Assembly (NCBI GenBank): GCA_036012755.1
Contig: DASCPX010000193.1
Location: forward strand, 53,092-117,091
Direction: 5' to 3'
DNA length: 64,000 bases
DNA from: Myxococcota bacterium
GTDB taxonomy: Bacteria > Myxococcota_A > UBA796 > CAJQPC01
Shown: positions 1 to 9,100 of the stretch, in pieces
Numbering within the stretch: position 1 is the first letter of the stretch
Layout of the letters: every line of letters starts with the position of its first letter
Position numbers and translations under genes: made by a program
The notes under the pieces: model-generated
Told to the model about the DNA's origin: nothing
The model's input: the letters and a program-made list of their open reading frames with translations, nothing else
Databases searched by the model: none

Positions 1-1
1 C

Positions 2-511
2 ACCACCTGGTCGAAGGTCGCCGAGCTCAACGCCCAGAAGGCCGTCGCGACCGGGGCGCCGGGACTCGCACCCGCCAGCGGGACCTACCGGGCCAGCCTC
101 GAGAACGAGGCGGTCGACGAGCAGATCACGGCCGCGCGAAAGGTCATCGACACCGAGCTCGACGAGATCGACGGAGTGGTCGGCCTGGTGCTCGCTCTCG
201 ACGGCGAGGTCGACAGCGCCGAGCTCTACGCCCACCCGAACCTCTTCGACAAGGCGCAGGTCGGCCTGGTCGACTCCTACGCCCGAGAGGCCCTGGGGCG
301 CGATCTCTTCGAGAAGCGCACCAATCCCCCCACCGCCACAGAAGCCGCCACCTTCGTACGAGAGGCCCGCGAAGCCAAGGTCGTCGAGGAAGAGGCCAAG
401 GCCTCATCCGTCTCACGCAGGCTGGACTCGCTGGAGTCAGAGGCCTTCGTGCTCTCTGCCGACGACGGCACGGTGGTGCGCGAGCGCATGCACAAGAAGA
501 AGAAGAAGTGA
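2..511 (+). CDS. DUF6569/ARPP-1-like protein, 5'-partial
   Basis: Frame is open from nt 2 (TTWSKVAELN...GTYRASL...VVGLVLALDGEVDSAELYAHPNLF...SYAREAL), resembling the C-terminal part of the ARPP-1 domain; stop overlaps the next start (GTGA). Confidence 0.6.
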   Translation, partial: TTWSKVAELNAQKAVATGAPGLAPASGTYRASLENEAVDEQITAARKVIDTELDEIDGVVGLVLALDGEVDSAELYAHPNLFDKAQVGLVDSYAREALGRDLFEKRTNPPTATEAATFVREAREAKVVEEEAKASSVSRRLDSLESEAFVLSADDGTVVRERMHKKKKK

Positions 512-1398
512 AGCGCGGGCGTTGGGCGCTCGCTGCCGCGTTCATGCTCATGCTCGTGCCCAACGTCGCCGCGGCCCTGCACGCCCGCGCGACGCTGACC
601 TTCGTCGAGGAGGGCGAGCGCACGCAAAACCCAGAGAACCTCGGCTCGTTGGAGGTCCTCGCGACGCTCTTGACCGGGGTTCGCGTCCCCAAGCCGACCT
701 CGGCCGAACCCACCGGCAAAATCGGCGAGCTCGCGATCACGGAGGCGCTGCCTGGCTAGACTGCCGAGGGCGTGGTGCTGCTGTTCCACGGCTACTCGGC
801 CAGCCGAGACCAGGTCGAGCCCGTCGCGGCCGTCTTTCGCCAGCTCGGATGGGCGACGATCACGGTGGACTTCCGCGGCCACGGCCACTCCCCGGGCAAC
901 ACCACGACCCTGGGCTGGCGCGAGGCAGAGGACGTCCGAGCGGTCTTCGAGGCCCAGGACGCCCGACCCATCGGGCTCTACGGCTTTTCGATGGGCGCCG
1001 CAGCGATGCACCGAGCGGCCCAGGACCTGGAGGGAGTCGACTTCCTGGTGAGCGAGGCCTGCTTCGGGCGCATGGAGGACACGGTGCGCGTCCGCTTCGA
1101 CGCGATGGGGCTGCCGTCGAGCCCGGGCACGGAGCTCCTCCTCTTCTGGGGCGGCGTCCTCGCCGACATCGACGCCGGAGCGCACAACCCGGTCGAGTAC
1201 GCCGCGAACGTGCAGGCCCCGCTGCTCGTCGTGCAAGGGGACGAGGACCTCCGCGTCACGCTGGAGACAGCCCGCGCGCTGGGTGGTGAGCTCGTCGTGC
1301 TCGAGGGGGTCGGACACGAGCTCGGGGCCGTGGCCGCTCCGGAGCGCTTCCGCGCTGGCCTCGATGGGTTCCTCCAGGAGCGCCTCGGCGAGCGCTGA
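508..1398 (+). pseudogene. N-terminally anchored alpha/beta hydrolase interrupted by an in-frame TAG at 757-759
   Basis: ORFs 508..759 and 772..1398 are in the same frame (LPG*TAEGVVLLFHGY). Motifs HGY, DFRGHG, GFSMG nucleophile elbow and GH are present. The stop could be a real lesion or a base-call error. Confidence 0.75.
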
Positions 1399-3600
1399 TC
1401 AGCTCGGGAACTCCCAGCCCGTGGCGGTGGTTCCGTCCTCGAAGACCCAGATGCGCTGGTCTGCATCCCAGGGACCGGTGTACTCGACGGTGCCACCACC
1501 GGGGAAGTCCACACTGATGACGTCGACGGTGTCGAGCTCGCCGAGCCCGAAGTGGAGATAGGCGCTGTCCTGGTCGCCCTGTCCCGTGCCGCCCGTGACG
1601 TGACGGACGACCGTGGTGTCACCGCTGCCGACCCGCACCGTGGCCCCGTAGGCGCCCCAGTTCGAGTCGACGCCGCCGATGGCTCGGACCTGCACCCAGT
1701 GGCCTGTCCCCGCCGTGTTCTCCAGCAGGTAGCTGGTGATGGTCAGGTCCTGGTCGCCGTCCTGGTCGAAGTCCGAGACCGCGACGCCCCAGGCGCCCGT
1801 GATGTCCTGGAGCCCGGCCGAGAGCACGTCGAGCTCGAAGGTGCCGTCACCGTTGCCCCAGTAGAAGTCCGTCGGGCGGCCGCTGTAGGTCGCCGAGATC
1901 ACGAGATCGAGGGCGCCGTCCTGGTCGAAGTCGGCGAGCACGGGGACCGAGTGGGTCTCAGAATAGCGCAGCCCCGACTCGTTGGAGTAGGGCGTGTCCC
2001 AGTCGCCCTGCTTGTCGACCCAGGTCCCGTCGCCAGCGTTGATCATCACGCGGGTCTTGTCAGAGAAGGTCCAGAAGCGCGGATGGGCGAGGTTGGCCTC
2101 GATGAGGTCGAAGCTCCCGTCGTTGTCCAGATCGCCCCAGGCCGCGCCGATGCTGTGGCCGTAGTAGGACGAGCCGAACTCCTTCACTCCGGCGAGCTCG
2201 GTCGCCACGCCGGCCTCCTGGACCCAGTCCTCGCCGCCCTCGCCCACGATGTTCCAGTAGAACAGGTTCTTGTGGAGCGTGTAGTCGTTGATGAAGATGT
2301 CGACCCAGCCATCCTGATCAGCGTCGATGGGCGCAGCGCCACGGCCGGAGTAGGGCCAGTCGGAGAAGCCGTACTCCCCGGTGATCTCGGTGAAGGTGCC
2401 GTCGCCGTTGTTCAGCCAGACCTGGTCCTTGTAGAAGTCCCAGTCGGTCCAGCAGATCATGTCCGGCACGTAGACGTCGAGGTCGCCGTCGTTGTCGAGG
2501 TCCCACCACGCCGCGGCTGGTGAGGGCTGGTGGTTCTGCGTCTCATCGGAGGCGCAGAGGTTGTAGTCCTGGATGTCCGTGACCCCCGCGGACTCGGTCA
2601 TGTCGATGAAGGTCCCGGAGCAGTCACCCTTCCAGAGGCTCTCGCCGGCGGTGGTGGACTCGGCGAAGACGAAGAGATCGAGGCAGCCGTCGTTGTCGTA
2701 GTCGCCCCAGACAGCGCCAGATGCCGACACCGAGTCCGACAGGTCCTGCGTGAGCTCGAAGGTGCCGTCGCCGAGGTTCCGGTAGATGCGGGAGTTGGTG
2801 TTGAGATCGTCCCAGCCGTCGTTGTCGAAGTCGCCCCAGGACTGGCGGGAGCCGACCGAGAGCTCGCCGGTGGCGTCGACGAAGACCTTGTCCTCTGGCG
2901 GGTCCTCCAGGTACTCGACGTAGATGCGGATGAGGTAGTCGTACTGGAAGGGGAAGGAATAGCCCGGGTAGTAGGTCGGCGTGCCGAGCTCCGGCGTGTT
3001 GAGCGCCGAGTGGCAGTCACCCCAGGAGCCGCACTCGGTGTTGTTGGCGCCAGCGTCGAACAGCACGGCGAGGTCGGTGTTGTCGGCCCGCTGGTGGGCG
3101 GCGTGGACCAGACCCGGCTGCTCCGTGTCGACCGGCGTGTCGAGGACGTAGGTGGTCCAGCCGCCGTCCTCGATGTCCTCTATGCAGCGGGTGCCCGTCC
3201 ACAGCGGGTCCTCGTGCCAGAAGTCGAAGCCGTTGTGACCGAAGTCCGGGTACACGCCCGCCTCGACCTCTGTGCCCTCGGGCCAGTCGGCAGGCAGGTT
3301 GGTGTAGGCGATCGCAAAGGCGTGGATGCGCGTCGGACGGTCCAGCTCGAAGCGCACGGACTCGTTGAGCACTGTGTCGCGCAGCTCGACGCCGTCCGCC
3401 GTCCAGGTCTGCCCGGTGATGTCGTAGACGCCCACACCGTCGTCCCAGGAGAGCTCCACCCAGCTCGGGTCGATGTCACCGAGCGCCGTGCCGCATCCCT
3501 CTGGGGCGCTGTCAACGCTGTCCAGACCGCTCTCGGGCTCGGGATCCGGGTCGGGCCTGGTGTCGTCAGGGCCATTGCAAGCAAGCACGAAGAGGAGCAC
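1399..3600 (-). CDS. CRTAC1/ASPIC-UnbV family FG-GAP repeat lipoprotein
   Basis: Repeated WGDxDNDGxxDL motifs; C-terminal GATVRV...Q...LHFGLG (ASPIC/UnbV); N-terminus MLLFVLAC; GGAGG upstream of the GTG. Confidence 0.85.
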   Translation of the reverse strand: MLLFVLACNGPDDTRPDPDPEPESGLDSVDSAPEGCGTALGDIDPSWVELSWDDGVGVYDITGQTWTADGVELRDTVLNESVRFELDRPTRIHAFAIAYTNLPADWPEGTEVEAGVYPDFGHNGFDFWHEDPLWTGTRCIEDIEDGGWTTYVLDTPVDTEQPGLVHAAHQRADNTDLAVLFDAGANNTECGSWGDCHSALNTPELGTPTYYPGYSFPFQYDYLIRIYVEYLEDPPEDKVFVDATGELSVGSRQSWGDFDNDGWDDLNTNSRIYRNLGDGTFELTQDLSDSVSASGAVWGDYDNDGCLDLFVFAESTTAGESLWKGDCSGTFIDMTESAGVTDIQDYNLCASDETQNHQPSPAAAWWDLDNDGDLDVYVPDMICWTDWDFYKDQVWLNNGDGTFTEITGEYGFSDWPYSGRGAAPIDADQDGWVDIFINDYTLHKNLFYWNIVGEGGEDWVQEAGVATELAGVKEFGSSYYGHSIGAAWGDLDNDGSFDLIEANLAHPRFWTFSDKTRVMINAGDGTWVDKQGDWDTPYSNESGLRYSETHSVPVLADFDQDGALDLVISATYSGRPTDFYWGNGDGTFELDVLSAGLQDITGAWGVAVSDFDQDGDQDLTITSYLLENTAGTGHWVQVRAIGGVDSNWGAYGATVRVGSGDTTVVRHVTGGTGQGDQDSAYLHFGLGELDTVDVISVDFPGGGTVEYTGPWDADQRIWVFEDGTTATGWEFPS

Positions 3601-3622
3601 GGAGAGACCTCCGAAGAGCGAG

Positions 3623-3628
3623 AACGTA
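3623..3628 (-). promoter_or_regulatory. putative -10 box TACGTT
   Basis: GCTACGTTC 22 nt upstream of GTG 3600; the identical 9-mer precedes the gene starting at 23145. Confidence 0.4.
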
Positions 3629-3658
3629 GCAGGTAGAACGCCCGGCCCGTCAGCTTCG

Positions 3659-5332
3659 TCAACGAGCGATGGTGATGCCCAGCTCTTCCAGGCGCTCCCT
3701 CAGCGCCTCCATGTCTCCCTCGCGCACCAGGCACTGACCGCGCACGACCTCTCGGGCCAGCAGCGGCCCGGCGATGTGGTCCCGCCGGATGGCGTCTGTC
3801 ACGCTGGCGGGGAGGTGGATCACCAGCGCCGCCTCGGTGCGGGCGGGCTCGACGCCGCTGGCGGCCCGGACCCGGACCTCGAGCTCCCCGGGCAAGGTGG
3901 AGTCGACGTGCAGACGCCGGAGGGTCTCGAGCAAGCCGTTGACGTCATCGACAGGTCGGGGGGCGACGTCGAAGTACCAGTGGCGGCGATCACGGCCCGC
4001 CAACGAGCCCACTCGCGCCAGCGCCGCGCGGACGGTGAGCGCGTCGCGACCAACCGGAACGACGATGCGATCCCCCTCCATGTGGAAGGCGGCCGGAGGC
4101 GGCTCCGTGTAGTCGATGACGCGACCGGCCCCCGGCCCCCGACGGAGCCTCCCCTCCTCGTCCTCCACGACGGTCACGCCCGAGAACAGGGTGATGCGCT
4201 CCGCGGAGCGCGCCCACTCCACGATGGACTGCTGCACCGTGAGCGGGACTCCGGTCCGGCTGTGCTCGGCCAGGAAGTCCAGGACATCGAGGTTCCCCAC
4301 CGCCATGTCCGCGGCGACGCCGCCTCGGGTGAGCTTGTGGCGGTGGACCCGGTCTCCATCGACGTATGGGGCGAGCCGGCAGAGACGCCCGTAGTCGCTG
4401 GAGGAGAGCTCTCCGGCGCCGACGATTATGTCCATGTCCGGAGTGAGCAGGAAACCCGTGGGGAGGCGTGGCTGCTCGCCGGGCTTGCGCACGGAGACGA
4501 GCCCCTCCGCGTCTCGAGAGCCCTCCAGCACGCCGATGCGATGGAAGACCTCTGCCGCGAGACGCAGGGCGGCGTCCGGGTTGCCGGGCAAGGCGCCCGC
4601 GGCCCTGTCGCCCAGCAGGGCGAGCACGTCATCGATCCTGGCCCAGTGCTCTCCGACGAGGCGCAACAGCAGGCGACCAGCGGCGTGCTCGTCGCTGTCG
4701 AGGACCACCGCAGGATCGACCAGCCTGCGAGGCCGGGACTCGGGGAAGCCATAGAGGCGACCCGCGGCTGGACGGGCCATGCCGCAGGCCCGGGCCAGGC
4801 GAAGGGCCAGACGCCAGCGCGCCGGATCCCCCAGGGAGCCGAGCAGCCGGTCGATCTGGTCCTTTCGCGGAGAGCCATCACGGGTCAGCGACGGAGGCCT
4901 GGCCTCCAGGGCCGCAGCGGCCACGACCCTGTCGAAGCGAGCATCCCCCGGCGGGAAGCTCGGGGCACCGGGGGCGGCCGGAAGGGCACCGGCGAAGGGA
5001 TGGCGACCACGCAGGTGCGGGCTCAGACGCGAAGCCGCAGCGTAGAACCGCGGGTCGATCGTCGCCCCGCTGGAGGGACGCGCCCGGGGCAGCACGAAGC
5101 CTCCGAGCCAGAGCATCTCGTGGGTCTCGATCCTCCCGGCGAAGCGCGGGTCGATGGGATCCCCGGCGTCCCCGGCCAACAGCAGGGTGTCGAGGAGGTC
5201 CCGGTCGTCCCCGCCGAGTGCCTCCGCGCGTCGCAGGACCGAGGAGGGGTCATCGATCTCGTCGATGCCTACGGGCATCTCGGCGCGGAAGCTCGCGTCG
5301 TAGGCGTCGACCAGCCGCGCGAGCTCGCTCAT
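3659..5332 (-). CDS. helicase-associated (XPB/Ssl2 N-terminal, Helicase_C_3-like) domain protein
   Basis: LLTPDMDII...LT...LDFLAEHSRTGVPLTVQQSIVEW resembles Helicase_C_3. Start placed at ATG 5332, which overlaps the upstream TGA (ATGA). Confidence 0.65.
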   Translation of the reverse strand: MSELARLVDAYDASFRAEMPVGIDEIDDPSSVLRRAEALGGDDRDLLDTLLLAGDAGDPIDPRFAGRIETHEMLWLGGFVLPRARPSSGATIDPRFYAAASRLSPHLRGRHPFAGALPAAPGAPSFPPGDARFDRVVAAAALEARPPSLTRDGSPRKDQIDRLLGSLGDPARWRLALRLARACGMARPAAGRLYGFPESRPRRLVDPAVVLDSDEHAAGRLLLRLVGEHWARIDDVLALLGDRAAGALPGNPDAALRLAAEVFHRIGVLEGSRDAEGLVSVRKPGEQPRLPTGFLLTPDMDIIVGAGELSSSDYGRLCRLAPYVDGDRVHRHKLTRGGVAADMAVGNLDVLDFLAEHSRTGVPLTVQQSIVEWARSAERITLFSGVTVVEDEEGRLRRGPGAGRVIDYTEPPPAAFHMEGDRIVVPVGRDALTVRAALARVGSLAGRDRRHWYFDVAPRPVDDVNGLLETLRRLHVDSTLPGELEVRVRAASGVEPARTEAALVIHLPASVTDAIRRDHIAGPLLAREVVRGQCLVREGDMEALRERLEELGITIAR

Positions 5333-5874
5333 GCGCCGGACTTGCTCGCCGTCCACTCGCCCCGAGCGGTGCACTCGATGCTGGTGTCGTCGTCGTCGGT
5401 CGAGATGCCGTACCAGGCGAAGCCCTCGATGTACACGCGGCCTCGATACACGTCGTCATAGGCCAGCCCCCCCATGGCGACGTGGATCATGCCGTAGCGG
5501 CTGTCCTGGTATTGGCCCGAGAAGGTGACGCCCCCGGTCGAGGACTCGATGCCCCAGAACTTCACGTCCTCGAGGTCCGGGTCGTCCCAGGTCGCGTAGA
5601 GCTGGTCGGGCCAGCGCCCACCTACCTCCATGGCACCGTCGAAGGGCAGGTCCGAGCCTGCCTTGAAGCCGTCGAGGCCGCAGCTCTCCGTGAACAGGTT
5701 CTTGCCTACGTCCGAGGTCCAGTTCCCGAGCACGTTGGGCACGTTGCCCGTGTCCCCTCCGGGGCCGTCGATGTCTCCGCAGACAGAGGTGCTGTCTTCG
5801 GCGCCCGAGTCGTCGTTGTTTCCGCGACAGGCCACGAGCGAAACGAGCAGCAGGATCAGGGATGGCGTGTTCAT
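5329..5874 (-). CDS. hypothetical lipoprotein
   Basis: MNTPSLILLLVSLVAC lipobox; ATGA overlap with the upstream stop at 5871. Confidence 0.75.
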   Translation of the reverse strand: MNTPSLILLLVSLVACRGNNDDSGAEDSTSVCGDIDGPGGDTGNVPNVLGNWTSDVGKNLFTESCGLDGFKAGSDLPFDGAMEVGGRWPDQLYATWDDPDLEDVKFWGIESSTGGVTFSGQYQDSRYGMIHVAMGGLAYDDVYRGRVYIEGFAWYGISTDDDDTSIECTARGEWTASKSGA

Positions 5875-6515
5875 GAGTCTTCTTCCTCGGTGATGACGAC
5901 CTCGACTCGGCGGTTTATCTCGCGCCCTTCGGCGGTCGCGTTGTCGACGATGGGGCGCCACTCGCCACGACCTGCGGCGGTGAAGCGATGGGGAGAGACC
6001 CCCCAGTCGGAGACGAAGGAGCGCACGACCGCGGCGGCTCGAGCAGCGGAGAGCTCCAGGTTCGACGGGTACTGACGCTTGAGCCGCCCGCTGATGGGGG
6101 TGTCGTCCGTGTGGCCGATGACCAGCACGTGGGTCTCCAGGTGCAGGTTGAGCGCGGTGCTCAAGAGGTCCATCACCATCTCGGACTCCGACCGCAGCCG
6201 GGTCGAGCCCGGGGCGAACATCGTCGCTCCCGGGAGGGTGACGATGGTCTGGTGCAGCCCCCGCTCGATGCCGACCTCCTGACCCGCGAAGACCTGGCGC
6301 AGCTCGGTGTAGATGACCGGAGGGGGAAGGGTCCCGCTGTCGCAGGTCTTCAGCTGCTCGCTCAGGCGGGCGTTCTCCTGCTTGAGCGCGATGACCTCGC
6401 GGTCGAGCTTCTGGACCAGGTCGGTCTCGCCCCGAACGTGGCGCGGGACGCAGCCCGCCACGAGAGCGAGGCTCGCTCCCGCCAGGAATGCTCGTCGATC
6501 GGTGTCGGCGCCCAT
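5871..6515 (-). CDS. OmpA/MotB C-terminal domain lipoprotein with Tat-like signal
   Basis: DRRAFL...LVAGC signal, coiled coil, GHTDD, NLELSAARA, NRRVE motifs. Confidence 0.9.
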   Translation of the reverse strand: MGADTDRRAFLAGASLALVAGCVPRHVRGETDLVQKLDREVIALKQENARLSEQLKTCDSGTLPPPVIYTELRQVFAGQEVGIERGLHQTIVTLPGATMFAPGSTRLRSESEMVMDLLSTALNLHLETHVLVIGHTDDTPISGRLKRQYPSNLELSAARAAAVVRSFVSDWGVSPHRFTAAGRGEWRPIVDNATAEGREINRRVEVVITEEEDS

Positions 6516-6523
6516 CTGGCCAG

Positions 6524-6529
6524 AGAATA
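6524..6529 (-). promoter_or_regulatory. putative -10 box TATTCT, leaderless-type
   Basis: 8 nt upstream of ATG 6515, no Shine-Dalgarno. Confidence 0.4.
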
Positions 6530-6530
6530 G

Positions 6531-6938
6531 CTACGAAGTCAGGGCCCTGGCGCGGATAGCGCGCAGGATGTCGAAACGCGTGATGGCTCCCACGAGGTCC
6601 CGGTCCCCCGAGACCACCGGCAAGCGGCGGAAGTCATGGTGCAGAAAGAGGCCCGCGGCGTAGTAGACGTTCATCTGCGGAGTGACCGTGACCGGGTCCC
6701 TGGTCATGAAGTCCGCGACCGTTCCCGCGGCGCGCGGTCCGCCGACTCCGCCGATGGTCAACAAGCGCAGCATGTCCTTCTCCGTGACGATGCCGATGAC
6801 ACGTCCGACCTCGTCGAGGACAGGAGCCCCGGTGACCTTCGAGTCCAGCGGGAACGCCACCGCCTCGTAGATGTCGACGTCCGCGGTCAGGCTCGGGACC
6901 ACCGTGTCCATGAACTCGCGAACGGTCGGCTGGCGCAT
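6531..6938 (-). CDS. CBS domain pair protein
   Basis: Two CBS repeats (VREFM...PVLD...GIVTEKD; VADFM...LPVV...GAITRFD); AGGAGG RBS. Confidence 0.9.
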   Translation of the reverse strand: MRQPTVREFMDTVVPSLTADVDIYEAVAFPLDSKVTGAPVLDEVGRVIGIVTEKDMLRLLTIGGVGGPRAAGTVADFMTRDPVTVTPQMNVYYAAGLFLHHDFRRLPVVSGDRDLVGAITRFDILRAIRARALTS

Positions 6939-6966
6939 TCGCCACCTCCTACACCGAGAATCGTCC

Positions 6967-7860
6967 TCAGCTGAGGGGGAGCGCGAGGCTGTCTATGACC
7001 CAGTCCTGGGGACCGAATGTCTTGGAGTTCTGGCGCGCCTGGCCAGAGGCGCGGAAGCGCAGGAAGCGATCAGCCCAGCGGCGCAGCGACAGCGGGAAGC
7101 GCCACTCCCACCGGTCTTTGCGGCGCACCCGCGCCATCATCATCCAGTGGAGCGTGATCGGGTGGTGCTCGACCGGGTCGCCGAGACATGGCATGCCCTC
7201 GAGATCCGCTGGGACCTTCGAGAAGGCGATTCGGCCGTCGGAGTCGACGCCGATCCAGTCGTTCTCAGGAGGGTGGCCGAGGGCATCCGCCCAGTCGAGC
7301 AGGCCCTGGAGATCCTCGTCGGCACCCTGGCGACGTGCCATCTTCGCGAAGGCGCGGCCGCATGCCTCTGCGTCGTTGGTGGCGCGATGGGCGCCTTCGA
7401 GTCGCACATCGAGCCGGCTGCAGAGGTCCTGGAGCTTGTGGGACCGGGCGTCGGGGAACACCCGCTTGGACAACAACAACGTGTCGATCTCGGCGAAGGG
7501 ATCGGGCCACACGCGCCCGGCCCGCTCGAACTCCATGGACAAGAAAGCGCGGTCGAAGGCGTAGTTGTGGGCGACACAGACACCGCCCTGCATGACGCGA
7601 GCGATCTCGTCGATCTTCCCGGCGAACAGCGGCGCGTTGGCGACGTCAGCGTCCGTGATTCCCGTGACCTGGGTCGCCTTGGGCGGGATCGGTCGCTCCG
7701 GGTTGAAGAGCGCGTGGTGACGCTGGACGCCGACGACCCGCCCCTCGCGGCCGATGGTCAACTCGACGGCGGCCCACTCCATGATGCGGTCGTCGTCGAA
7801 GGGTCTCAGTCCCGTCGTCTCGGTGTCGTAAGCGACGATGCGCAGCTCCTTCCACTTCAC
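6967..7860 (-). CDS. DnaQ-like DEDDh 3'-5' exonuclease
   Basis: YDTETTG (ExoI), AHNYAFD (ExoII), HRATND (ExoIII); GTG 7860 overlaps the upstream TGA. Confidence 0.9.
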   Translation of the reverse strand: MKWKELRIVAYDTETTGLRPFDDDRIMEWAAVELTIGREGRVVGVQRHHALFNPERPIPPKATQVTGITDADVANAPLFAGKIDEIARVMQGGVCVAHNYAFDRAFLSMEFERAGRVWPDPFAEIDTLLLSKRVFPDARSHKLQDLCSRLDVRLEGAHRATNDAEACGRAFAKMARRQGADEDLQGLLDWADALGHPPENDWIGVDSDGRIAFSKVPADLEGMPCLGDPVEHHPITLHWMMMARVRRKDRWEWRFPLSLRRWADRFLRFRASGQARQNSKTFGPQDWVIDSLALPLS

Positions 7861-8411
7861 AGCAAGGTCTCCACGGCGGCACGCGCCGCGTCCTGCGCAG
7901 CGTTGCGGTGGACGAGCCACTCTGCGTGGGCGTCGGGGCCGACGACATTGGAGATGCCGAGCACGGCCAGGAAGGGAACATCGCGCTGGGCGCAGGCACA
8001 GGCGGCGCCGAAGGCCTCCATGTGCTCCACCTGCCAGCCGTCCGAGAGCCGACCGGCGAGGACGGTGTCGGTCGTCACGGCGCCGACGGTCAGCACGTCG
8101 GCGCGAGGAAGGTCGACGCGCTCGAGGAACTCCGGGTGGCACTCCACCGGGGCGGGGCGGCGCGGTACGTAGCCGAGCCCCATCGCGGCGACCCCGTGAG
8201 AGAGCCCACAGCGACGGGCCGCCACGGCCTGGCCGATCTCGAGCCCACTTCCGGGGTAGGCACCCGCCGTGCCTATCAGGACCACCGCGTCCGGCCTGCG
8301 CTCGACGAGCAGCGTCGCCATGCGGGCGGCGACGACCACCGGACCGACGCCAAGGGCCGCTCCGTCGAGGTAGCCGAGCTCTTCGCGGACGGCAGAGACA
8401 AGGAGGATCAC
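7857..8411 (-). CDS. PNP/MTA-SAH nucleosidase family protein, futalosine hydrolase (MqnB)-like
   Basis: GVGPV, GTAGAY, HMEAFG, ISNVVG motifs. Confidence 0.7.
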   Translation of the reverse strand: MILLVSAVREELGYLDGAALGVGPVVVAARMATLLVERRPDAVVLIGTAGAYPGSGLEIGQAVAARRCGLSHGVAAMGLGYVPRRPAPVECHPEFLERVDLPRADVLTVGAVTTDTVLAGRLSDGWQVEHMEAFGAACACAQRDVPFLAVLGISNVVGPDAHAEWLVHRNAAQDAARAAVETLL

Positions 8412-9085
8412 GTCGCGGCAGCTATCACACTGGTGGTCCGGTCGCGGGCCTCTTCGAGCTGCGCGCGGAAATCACCGAGGCTCCAGAGCTTCGCTCCCGA
8501 GCGAGGTGTGCGGACCACCCAGCTGTCTCCGAAGTCGGGCTCCACGTCGGAGCCGCTGGTGGCCTCGACGAGGTGGACGAGGCTCTTGTGGGCCCCCCGG
8601 TGGGTCTGCCAGGCCTCGAAGGCCGTGCGCGAGACGAAGGCCCCGTCCGCGCAAGGCACGCCGTCGAGGCTGACCGGCGCGAAGAGCCTCGGGATCGCCA
8701 TCGACGCCGCCACCGCCCGGGGCAGCGGCCCCGAGGTGACCAGTCGGTGCTCCCCCGCCGCGGTCATCACACCCACGCCGAAGGGACGGGGCAGATCCTC
8801 GAAGCGGGCAGGCAACAGCTCGCTGATGTGCTCGATCACCGAGTCCATCGTGAAGAGCCCGCGCCACAGCGCGAGGTGGGGCGAACACAACGACAGCGGC
8901 CGGCGAGAGGACAGCTCCCGCGCGAGCTCCGCGGCGCTCAGCCCCGCCGTCCACAGGCTGCCGGCGAGCGCCCCGGAGCTGGTTCCGACGACACCGTCGA
9001 CCTCGATGCCCGCCTCCTCGACGGCGAGGAGGAAGCCACACTGACGGGCAAAGGCGAGGAAGCCACTGGAGAGGACCAGGTCCAC
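8408..9085 (-). CDS. patatin-like phospholipase
   Basis: LVLSSGFLAF, GTSSG nucleophile, DGA motif; start placed at GTG 9085. Confidence 0.85.
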   Translation of the reverse strand: MDLVLSSGFLAFARQCGFLLAVEEAGIEVDGVVGTSSGALAGSLWTAGLSAAELARELSSRRPLSLCSPHLALWRGLFTMDSVIEHISELLPARFEDLPRPFGVGVMTAAGEHRLVTSGPLPRAVAASMAIPRLFAPVSLDGVPCADGAFVSRTAFEAWQTHRGAHKSLVHLVEATSGSDVEPDFGDSWVVRTPRSGAKLWSLGDFRAQLEEARDRTTSVIAAAT

Positions 9086-9100
9086 GGTGTAGAGAGCCTC

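Noticed and set aside
7838..9100. N-terminal 421 aa of the 1080-aa ORF
   Set aside because: Arg/Pro-rich shadow frame antisense to the nucleosidase and patatin genes; the real protein starts near 9101.
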